Shown: positions 28,223-38,900 of the stretch, one piece after another
Numbering within the stretch: the first letter of the stretch is position 1
Layout of the letters: every line of letters begins with the position of its first letter
Source of the DNA: Amia ocellicauda
Lineage: Eukaryota
Assembly (NCBI RefSeq): GCF_036373705.1
Contig: NC_089855.1
Coordinates: 18,021,962-18,085,961, forward strand
Length of the DNA: 64,000 nt
Direction of reading: 5' to 3'
Notes under the pieces: generated by a model
The model's database searches: none
Told to the model about the DNA's origin: nothing
Seen by the model: the letters and a program-made list of their open reading frames with translations, nothing else
Program-made: the position numbers and the translations under genes

Positions 28223-29027
28223 ATCTGATGGGCTAAATGGGTAAAATAATAAGCAACAATAATAAGCAAAATCATTATGCTGCTATTGTGTAACCAATTT
28301 TAATTTTTAAATTTAAAATTAAATCAACTATAGAAACCTACAAGACAGAAAGACAAACATGGGATTCCTCTCCAAATAAGATGTGAAACAGCATGATTGT
28401 AGATTAAACAACACATTTTGGTTCTGAGCCATAGCTTTCTGAACCCCAGATTATTGTGTGTTACAAATTTATAGAACCCTTTCAAAGCAGCAGCACCTCC
28501 ATGTTAGTGCTGGTTTCAACTAATAAATATTTTTTTAGGAAATATTTGTAAGACTTCTACTCCAACTCATGTACACACCAGTCATAAATAACAAAGGCAG
28601 AATGCTATTTACATTAAAAAATAAATAAATGAGTGCATTACGCATATTCCAGATTGCATCAGACAAACATACCTTAGGAATTTCATATGAACAACTGAAG
28701 CCAAACTAATTTAAAGCCAATATCTAATTTTCATAGGAAGTGGCCAACTGGCTACAAATCAGAAAAATAATCAATGACTTTAAAAGGTCCCAATTAATCC
28801 ACTGTCCTTAGAAAAATGCTGTGAATCCAGACAGTCACTGCCAATGTCCATATTTAGAGGTAATCAGCGTCTGATGCCAAGTTTCTTAGTGGAAGACAGT
28901 CCCCACCAATTAAATATTATTAATAAATTACACTTAATTGTGAACCACAAGGGACAGGGAGGAGTAAAAGTCCTCCAATCTCATTACCAACTAATCTTTT
29001 TCAAAAATCAGCTTTTGGACTGATATA

Positions 29028-29050
29028 TATATATAGATATAGATATAGAT

Positions 29051-29097
<47 letters not shown>
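29028..29097. repeat. (GATA)n / (TA)n compound microsatellite
   Basis: tatatatatagatatagatatagatatagatagatagatag... read directly. Confidence 0.95.
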
Positions 29098-30650
29098 TTG
29101 GGCAGTCTATGATAAACCAGTTTTCAAAAGAAGTGAAAACATTAAAAAAGTGAAAGAATCCCAGGAGTATAGCGATGACAAGTTAAACATTGCTCTTTTT
29201 ATTAATTTCCCATTATGGTTTACAGTTTTTGGGGTTGTTAAGGCATCTCTGTTAATTATGTTAATGATCATCCAGTGTGTGCCATAAAAAAATTCCATGG
29301 TTAGTTTCCTAATCTATTCCTGGTCTCATATATGTCAATATATACAGATGTCAAGTCATGCTATGATGGAAGGGGAATTGAATGATATAGTTGCAGCCTG
29401 TCTCATAACTCTGAAAGCGTACCCAGCCAGTCAAGAAGTTTAATTAAATGGCCAATTGAGTTTTCCATTTGAGACTTAATGGATGGTGTAGCAGGCTTGT
29501 TCATCATTCATTAAAGATATTTCACATGCAGCGCTAACCACAATAAAATTACCGATGAGGAATGATGTTGGTAAGAAAAAAGCTGTTATTTTTTTCTATC
29601 TAGCACCTCTCTCCAGTGTGTTTGAGTAAAGTGTGAGGATTTCAGAACAGCCGTGAATGTTCAATAGATGTCAAACCTAAAAAGAAAAACCTGCTGGAAA
29701 ATGACTTCACTGTGGGCACAATCAGGAAAGCAACACTCCTTTAGCAGTCTCTCCTTTAGATTGTGGTATACTCTCAATGAAGTAATCAAGATGGAAAAAA
29801 AAAATAAACATCTGGTTAATTTCTGTCAAAATATGAATGCCAAAATATACTATTTAGCTAGGAAAGGTGCCAAATGTGGATTTATATTAATTTAGGCTTA
29901 TCTGCACTCTCACACAAACAAATGTGACAAGTTCTCTCTCAGGATGAATGGGATGTAACCTAGATATACCATATACTATATGGAGTGCAGGAAAACAAAC
30001 TTTCTGGAATCTTTCAGATTGTACTGTTTGCTGTCATCTAAAAACAGACATACTTTTCAAGCAAAAATATAATAATAATAACTAGAATGAAGACTTGGCC
30101 TTGCAATAATACAAGGTTAGGAATTGCCAGTAAATGTAGATCACTCTAAAGGTTAGGTTTGAGGTTCTACTGGGCTTTCTATGATGGTTTGAGATGCAGA
30201 GAGGGATGCACCTCAAACTGTGGTGTGGAATGGGATTTGTGTTGCAGGTATTAATCCTCAAACTTTTCCCAGCTATAACCAAATGGCAAACACAGATTTT
30301 ATCAATCTTATTCAGTCTTAATCACCTTCAACTCAATTCATCAACCCTTAGTGCTGTTATTATGACTACAGCTGTAACCCCTTTAGTTTCTGCTACCTAC
30401 ACCATAACTGCCAATTAAAAGACCAGTCAGAACTAATGGCATTCCTTTATCAAACATCATTACTTTCTTTGCTCAATGAAACCAAAAACCTGTGATTGAT
30501 TGTAAATTGTACACTATTATAACACTGGGATAGGCTTAAATGTAAGGTTAGATCTGGGTTACAGTTTAATTAGTGATGCTGTGATGAATGGGAGCTCCTC
30601 TTCCAACTGGAAATAATGTGTGCACGTAGTATGGCAAGCCAAATTATAAT

Positions 30651-30971
30651 TTAGAGATATCTTTAATTCGTTTAATTCATTTAAATTCATTTAAAGATAT
30701 CTGCAAATCAATTAGAGATATGTGCAAATCATTTAGCGATATCTGCGAATGACTTCCTGTTTATTTACAGATCTCTAAATCATTTAGAGATATCTTCAAA
30801 TCACTTCCTGTATGTATCCCAAGATTATCACTTCCTGTTAACTTGTTCATTCATTTCTATGTAACTGAATGAGGAAACAGGAAGTGATAATCTCAGCCAA
30901 AATACAGGAAGTCATTTGAAAATATCTTGAAATGATTTGCAGATATCTCTAAATGATTTGCAGATTTGTTC
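30651..30971. repeat. about 320 bp imperfect palindrome (foldback/MITE-like) built from about 21 bp subrepeats, with five consensus ETS motifs
   Basis: Left arm: tandem units agatatctgcaaatcatttag. The right arm is its reverse complement (ctaaatgatttgcagatatct). Perfect 17-bp arms gattatcacttcctgtt / aacaggaagtgataatc flank a loop of about 35 bp centred near 30857. ACAGGAAGT (ETS consensus) occurs on one strand or the other at about 30766, 30812, 30829, 30873 and 30907. Confidence 0.65.
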
Positions 30972-33846
30972 TGGTTGTACTATGGCAACATTAAAGGGGA
31001 AAGGGGTTTATAATTACTATAGGTAAACCCTGAATTTGTGAAGTTTAATGAAATCTATAATGAAACATTATTGGATTGTATCTGATTGGCCCATGACAGT
31101 GAACTGATTTAAACATGCTTTGAACAGGACCATGCTTTGATCAGGTATCCCATGTTTAACATTGATATGCTTTATGATTGCAGAGAAGTGATATTAACGT
31201 GAAACAGAGCGGACCAAATATTTCTTAATATTAAAACCTACCACTGCATTTGGGAGCAAGATCACTCACAATTATTATTTTACTGGATCTTAAATTTAAA
31301 GATCAAAAATACAAAGAAGTCTGGAGATTGCTTGCTCTGTGTGTTCTAGTCACATGACATCAGTCTCTGCTCTCAGCATATTTGACCACCCACCCCTATC
31401 TTTCATATTATTAAGGTCATTCAACATGCCCACATAACTACTGAGCCAATCAATTTAGACTCCCTTAAAAATAAACAATACAAAATCATTCTACAGCAAA
31501 TCGATACTTTTTTCCCCATTAGTCGCCCAAAAGGAACTTGTTGCTTATTCTGTTCTGGATTTGCAGAATAGACCACTGTTTCACAGCATGATGGTAAGGA
31601 AACTAATGCTCAGGGGCACTTTTCAGATTCAAAACTCTTGCCTTATGCAGTCGTGGTTTAAAGAGTGGTCTAAGTAGAATGGTCCAAACAGATTACTGCA
31701 ATCCTTTCTACTGAAGAAGAAACAGTTCTGCAGAGCTCCTCTCAAAAGCCGTCCAATCTCATCAAGAGGTCACTGTCATTATCAGCTCTGCTCCTTCTGG
31801 GAGTTCAAAATTTAATAGGTTACTAACCCAGTGCTGCAGGGTGAACACTGTTGCTCTGAGATGTCAGCTTTCATGAAGCTGTTAGAAAAGAAATCACACT
31901 GCTAGAAGGAGTGAGAGCAGGAATTGTTTTCTGAGTGCAATGTTTTAACCAGAGTTCAATGTGTTATTTCCTTCAAAATACCTCTTACTTTAAAGAGTAG
32001 GTAATTGTTGGTAACTTAGACTTAAGTTGAATCCCATTAAACAACAACCCATATCTAGATGCTAACAATGTATTCACTTAACCAGTTTGACAATACATGG
32101 AAATTACAAGTATCTATTAATACCGCACTAATAATACACAGCTAATATGCTGAGTGTCATTGTCCATGTTAGCAGATATTATGCAAATATTATTATCAAT
32201 GTAGTAAAGGCAACAGTGTAGCACAGTGGGGACAAAACAAAGGCTCACATACACAGTACACAGCCTCTGACTCCAAGCAGCACACAAAGGAAGGAGCAAC
32301 CAATAATAAGCAATGACTTTACGTGTCTTTGCTTCTTCCCCCATTGGTTGCAAACAAAAGCTGTAACCACATCATTAAAATTGAATGCTGCTTATTCATA
32401 TTTTTATTATACTGTACATATTTTGTTTTCTGTTTAGTGGTTGTGGAAAGTTACCTAGCAAATCATAAATTTTTATACCAAATATATATTTTTATGTTTA
32501 CATTGTGATCATTTAATAGTTCATTTCAGAGAAGATCTTGCTAGGAGTGAATTCTTTGACTCGAGTTTTTTTTTTATCAAAATGGCATTACATTTGATCA
32601 ACAAACCTTATCCTCCTTTGGGCAATATGTAATCCTGCCATCTACCCAAAGACTGTCTTCTTCAATTATGCACAGTGATGCATTTGGCTTAGAGACATTA
32701 CCAAATTTGTGTAAATAAATACAGAAAGACATTCACGTATGTGTCTAGGGTTAGCAATTATGATAATGTCAATCATTTCAAGCCATTTAGGAACCATATG
32801 AAATTTGACTTCAAATGAGCAATAATGCAAATGAACATAAATGTGACCAAGCCAGTGAGCTCAGTAGGTTAGTGTTCATATCCTAAAGTCATTAGCACTC
32901 TGCGTAATCCCTGTGGAGATGTGCCATTCCAATTAACTCATTAAAAACAGCAATTACACACTGAAAAGGCAGGAAATATAAACTAAAACTTGTATAAGAC
33001 ATACCATAGGCTTGCAATATATTTCTAAATTGATATATACACTTTAAGACATCAATTTTAAATGTTTTTCCTGATTTTTTCACTTCTGGCAACTTGGGCA
33101 CTGACAGGTAGTCTGTCAATTGGGCTTAGATCTCAGAGAGATGTCACATCTCAATTTAACAAATCTCCCAATCAGCTCAGAAGGCAGGATCTCAATTATT
33201 GTATTCATCATTGCAATCCACACTGATCTCTCAGTCTAAAGTAGCACCTTATATTTATGTTTCCTTGGTGGCTTTAATGAATATTTTTACAGGAAAAACA
33301 GGAAAGGGCATTGAATGAGGTTTGAACCTGTCCTTTAACTAGTCTCCATGTGAGATTTCTCAGCATGGTGTATTTCCAAAATAACCAATGAAAATCTATA
33401 TTAATAGCCATATATAAACAGTTTCAACTTGAAAACTGCTGAAGGCTTTAGAGTCTCATTTATTGAACTATTCTTTAGGATTTAATTTCATTGAGTGTTA
33501 AACAGTGGAAAATATATCCAAAGAGCCAGACTTGAAAAGGTTAGTAATTAGTAATACAGGAAAGCAATATTGTTCTGGTCTTTTCAAGGCACAGAATTGG
33601 TTTGTTAAGGGCAGATAAAGGGCCCTTTATCCTTAATTACATGTTTTAAATGATGTAAAAATACAATATATTGACCCTGAGCTGTTTTCACACAGTACTT
33701 TGTATTTTAGAGAAAGTGCTTTCTGAAAGTGCTTCTGACTATCATATGGGGTTTTATATTAAAATACACCTGAAATGTTATCATTTAACCTTAAAGAGGA
33801 ATAAATAGAGTTACAAATATAATTATAAATTATATATATATATATA

Positions 33847-35070
33847 CACTCACCTAAAGGATTATTAGGAACACCTGTTCAATTTCTCATTAATGCAATT
33901 ATCTAACCAACCAATCACATGGCAGTTGCTTCAATGCATTTAGGGGTGTGGTCCTGGTCAAGACAATCTCCTGAACTCCAAACTGAATGTCTGAATGGGA
34001 AAGAAAGGTGATTTAAGCAATTTTGAGCGTGGCATGGTTGTTGGTGCCAGACGGGCCGGTCTGAGTATTTCACAATCTGCTCAGTTACTGGGATTTTCAC
34101 GCACAACCATTTCTAGGGTTTACAAAGAATGGTGTGAAAAGGGAAAAACATCCAGTATGCGGCAGTCCTGTGGGCGAAAATGCCTTGTTGATGCTAGAGG
34201 TCAGAGGAGAATGGGCCGACTGATTCAAGCTGATAGAAGAGCAACTTTGACTGAAATAACCACTCGTTACAACCGAGGTATGCAGCAAAGCATTTGTGAA
34301 GCCACAACACGTACAACCTTGAGGCGGATGGGCTACAACAGCAGAAGACCCCACCGGGTACCACTCATCTCCACTACAAATAGGAAAAAGAGGCTACAAT
34401 TTGCACAAGCTCACCAAAATTGGACAGTTGAAGACTGGAAAAATGTTGCCTGGTCTGATGAGTCTCGATTTCTGTTGAGACATTCAGATGGTAGAGTCAG
34501 AATTTGGCGTAAACAGAATGAGAACATGGATCCATCATGCCTTGTTACCACTGTGCAGGCTGGTGGTGGTGGTGTAATGGTGTGGGGGATGTTTTCTTGG
34601 CACACTTTAGGCCCCTTAGTGCCAATTGGGCATCGTTTAAATGCCACGGCCTACCTGAGCATTGTTTCTGACCATGTCCATCCCTTTATGACCACCATGT
34701 ACCCATCCTCTGATGGCTACTTCCAGCAGGATAATGCACCATGTCACAAAGGTCGAATCATTTCAAATTGGTTTCCTGAACATGACAATGAGTTCACTGT
34801 ACTAAACTGGCCCCCACAGTCACCAGATCTCAACCCAATAGAGCATCTTTGGGATGTGGTGGAACGGGAGCTTCGTGCCCTGGATGTGCATCCCACAAAT
34901 CTCCATCAACTGCAAGATGCTATCCTATCAATATGGGCCAACATTTCTAAAGAATGCTTTCAGCACCTTGTTGAATCAACGCCACGTAGAATTAAGGCAG
35001 TTCTGAAGGCGAAAGGGGGTCAAACACAGTATTAGTATGGTGTTCCTAATAATCCTTTAGGTGAGTGTGT
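33847..35070 (+). mobile_element. Tc1-like DNA transposon (second family), full-length copy A with intact transposase ORF, inserted in a (TA)n tract
   Basis: 30-bp terminal inverted repeats: acactcacctaaaggattattaggaacacc at the 5' end and its reverse complement at 35041-35070. A (TA)n tract lies immediately upstream (33826-33846). The internal ORF is uninterrupted and 346 aa long. Confidence 0.85.
33995..35035 (+). CDS. Tc1-family DDE transposase, apparently intact (346 aa)
   Basis: Open from ATG to stop. It has an N-terminal paired-like/HTH region (GDLSNFERGMVVGARRAGLSISQSAQLLGFSRTTISRVYKEW) and a catalytic triad in Tc1-type spacing (WSDESRF ... FQQDNAPCH ... LNPIEHLWDV). It is 98-99% identical to copies B and C, which carry a truncation or a nonsense mutation. 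Confidence 0.8.
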   Translation: MGKKGDLSNFERGMVVGARRAGLSISQSAQLLGFSRTTISRVYKEWCEKGKTSSMRQSCGRKCLVDARGQRRMGRLIQADRRATLTEITTRYNRGMQQSICEATTRTTLRRMGYNSRRPHRVPLISTTNRKKRLQFAQAHQNWTVEDWKNVAWSDESRFLLRHSDGRVRIWRKQNENMDPSCLVTTVQAGGGGVMVWGMFSWHTLGPLVPIGHRLNATAYLSIVSDHVHPFMTTMYPSSDGYFQQDNAPCHKGRIISNWFPEHDNEFTVLNWPPQSPDLNPIEHLWDVVERELRALDVHPTNLHQLQDAILSIWANISKECFQHLVESTPRRIKAVLKAKGGQTQY

Positions 35071-35838
35071 ATATATTGAGTGTGCCAAGAAAACATCCCC
35101 CACACCATTACACCACCACCACCACCAGCCTGCACAGTGGTAGCAAGGCATGATGGATCCATGTTCTCATTCTGTTTACGCCAAATTCTGACTCTACCAT
35201 CTGAATGTCTCAACAGAAATCGAGACTCATCAGACCAGGCAACATTTTTCCAGTCTTCAACTGTACAATTTTGGTGAGCTTGTGCAAATTGTAGCCTCTT
35301 TTTCCTATTTGTAGTGGAGATGAGTGGTACCCGGTGGGGTCTTCTGCTGTTGTAGCCCATCCGCCTCAAGGTTGTATGTGTTGTGGCTTCACAAATGCTT
35401 TGCTGCATACCTCGGTTGTAACGAGTGGTTATTTCAGTCAATGTTGCTCTTCTATCAGCTTGAATCAGTCGGCCCATTCTCCTCTGACCTCTAGCATCAA
35501 CAAGGCATTTTCGCCCACAGGACTGCCGCATACTGGATGTTTTTCCCTTTTCACACCATTCTTTGTAAACCCTAGAAATGGTTGTGCGTGAAAATCCCAG
35601 TAACTGAGCAGATTGTGAAATACTCAGACCAGCCCGTCTGGCACCAACAACCATGCCACGCTCAAAATTGCTTAAATCACCTTTCTTTCCCATTCAGACA
35701 TTCAGTTTGGAGTTCAGGAGATTGTCTTGACCAGGACCACACCCCTAAATGCATTGAAGCAACTGCCATGTGATTGGTTGGTTAGATAATTGCATTAATG
35801 AGAAATTGAACAGGTGTTCCTAATAATCCTTTAGGTGA

Positions 35839-35842
<4 letters not shown>
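35071..35842 (-). mobile_element. Tc1-like (second family) copy B: inverted 5' portion (TIR plus N-terminal 215 codons), abutting copy A tail-to-tail
   Basis: It is the reverse complement of element positions 1 to about 770, and includes ORF 35046-35693 (minus strand). Its 5' TIR ends ggtgagtgt at 35842 and is followed by (TA)n at 35843-35904. It is joined to the copy A 3' TIR by only 8 bp (gtatatat). Confidence 0.8.

Positions 35843-35904
<62 letters not shown>
35843..35904. repeat. (TA)n microsatellite flanking copy B
   Basis: Read directly. Confidence 0.95.
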
Positions 35905-35910
<6 letters not shown>

Positions 35911-38900
35911 TTATTTATTAAAATATTCCTGTTTTCCCTTGTTTTTTAGCAGACAATTTAGTCTTCATTTCAATCATGCTCTACAAATATACACTGTAAT
36001 TCTTGAAATTCAAGAAAATGTGATTCAAATGTTATATGAAGATGGGAGGAAGAAGGTGTCTCTCTGCAACAGTTTGCCAGGTGAATTGTTTAATGGAAAT
36101 CTTCGTGCCTGCTCTTTATCTTTCATGAGCCAGTTGTACACATTTCTGATTCACAGAGGACGGGTTCTCCGTCTCAATGTTTGTAAATCAATGCACAGCC
36201 ATGAAATCCCAGCTGTGGCTCTACGTTATCTTCAGTAATGCATGTGACGGATTTGCAACTATATTGACATATTGCAATGTCCGGTTTGACTGGTGCAGTC
36301 AGTCCGCAGTCTCACATGTATACCTCATAGTCAGTTACCCTGAAGCACTGCTTCGGTGTAGCGTACCCTACAGTACATCTGTCAAGGCCCTGTACAATCC
36401 CATTAAACTGATGACGAAAGATCAAATCTGAAAAAGTGAATTATTGCTCTCTGGGCAGGATTGTAATTCTAGTATTGCCTGCAAACTTCCACTGCAAGGA
36501 AAATGAGAATGTGTGACAAGGATTAATTAAACACTTATCATTAGACGATCTTTATAATATCCTTCAGTACCCATCAGTGTTCTCAGTGTTAGAAATGTGA
36601 GGTCACAGTAAAAAAAAGACCTTTCTGTTCTTATAATTCTAGCTTCATAATACCATAGGCTAACCAATTATCTATTTCTCCTGACTTGCATATCAATAGA
36701 AGGTAATGACAGACAGCCCTGGGCAAGGTCAAAACTTCCCTAATTAAACCTTGAAGCACTCCAATCATCGCATTACACATAACAAAGTAGGCCAAAAGCA
36801 TACATTCTTTCATTTACAAAATTATACTCAATTAGCATGAACAGACACTCAATAGACTTATAAGATACATTTCTCTACCATATCCATATAATTTGTGTTT
36901 TTTTTTTTTCCCTTTTCTATGTATGTGACATATGTTGCAGTGCAACTTGCAGTTCATTATTAATCTCATTTTCCTGGTTACTTGCTTCATCTCTCAAAAG
37001 TGATGCCTAACCTTGTGAGAAACACAAGCTCAATGCAATTAAAGCATAATAAAGCACAGACAAAATTATTGTAAATTCAGCCAATCATGTTCCGGTGATG
37101 GTATGAACACTGCAACAAGTGCAAGAAATAATTGAGAATACATTAAAATGTGCCAGGACAGTTAAGACTTATGTTGTCCATACAACAGTTAACAGAAAAG
37201 TGACATCCCCAAATGCCATTCATAACTGGATGTACTGATGGACAGCAGCCCAGATATGCATTGACATTGCAATTAGTAATACATATCCTAAGCTGTTAAA
37301 TTCCACTAATGTTAAAATGGATCCCTTCACATCTGACTGGTTCCTCCATCCTATGTTACAGTACATCAGACTGTGATTGCATCAAATGCAGCATCGCTGT
37401 GACTGTACCACATCGTCTGTTATAGCATATTTGTATGAAACAATTTTGAAAAGTAAGCAATTAAAATAATACTAAATTGCAATAGAGAAAATGTCAACCT
37501 AAAGAAAGCTGATAAAACAGGGTTAAACTAAACACTGGGAACTCTGTACACCCAAAGGAAATACCGTTATTCACTAGGTATGGTTATTGGAGAGGTGGCA
37601 ACAACAACAACACATACTGGTTGGCCTATCTATCTTTTCCTTTATTCATTTCAGTTCTTACAGGAATTTATGTACGTATTTAAAAGTGCGTTTCATCATG
37701 GTGAATGCATTGAACACTTGATGGCAAAGCAACATAATTACTGAACAATTAAAGAAATAAAGGCCAAATAATGTTTCACATAAAAGGAAAATATACAAAA
37801 TTGGTTTGGCACTGTGAGCATTAATTCAGAATATTTACAACATGCACTGATACACAGGAATCCAGGGGCAATTCTGTGTTTGGTTCGCTCTCTGCCTCTT
37901 TCTTATTTCCATATTGGCATGGCCAGGAGGCAGAGTTTAATAACCATCTTTACATTTACTGCAATGTCAGATGACCTTTAGTTTGGACCATAAAGGTTGT
38001 GACTACAGAGTTCTTTAAATGCAATAAAGGTACACAGCCTCTGGGACTATACCAAAAACAATATGCAATGGGGAGGCAACGAGGGGAATAACAGGAGCAC
38101 AAATGATGCACAGGACTTGCCCATATCGCTGGAATCATTATACTGCAGGAAAAGCCTTTAAAGGAACATGACGACATGGTTAAGATCAGTTAGGCATTCA
38201 TTAAAACAATTACAAGGTATTTTTACAGCATTTTGAAACCCTTTCAGAAAACTGAAATGACCTGGGGAAAGCATCTGACCCACATTCAGAAAAAAATCTT
38301 CTCCCCTGGCTGCTGGGGGAATGGCTGCTTCATTACCTTCAGGATTAGACAGTATCTGGGCTTTATTCTGTCTATTTGTCTAGCTTTCCCCCCTGTCTGT
38401 GTAGAGCTGTGTAAGCCTTTTTCTCCATCAGAGAATATGCTTGTTTGGAGCAAGTCTGTTAATATGGTGCTTTGTAGTACTCCACTAGAAGGACATAGTA
38501 ATGCACCTTGTATCGTATCTTTAAGTCTTGTTTTTTGTCGTCCATCAAACCTAGACTAGGACAATAGACCCACCAACACCAACAACTGCCTACACATGGA
38601 TTTTGTATTTCCTGCAAATGCAGACTCATTCACAGCCAGGGTCAGGGACTAATTCTGTCTTCTTTTAGTGCAAAACGATAACAACCTGCGTAATATATTC
38701 AGTTACCACTGTGACACAAGCTGCTGCCATCGAAGGCAAAATGAATGCTAACTCTCTCACCCCAAGGATTCTCTTGACAGTTGACGAGTTTCCATTATTT
38801 ACTACTGGTGTATTTCTGGAATCAGACCCACACAAAGCTTTATGTAAGGCAGTCCTACAAACAAAAGGTCATTCTACTATTTAAATTGTATGGAAAAATG

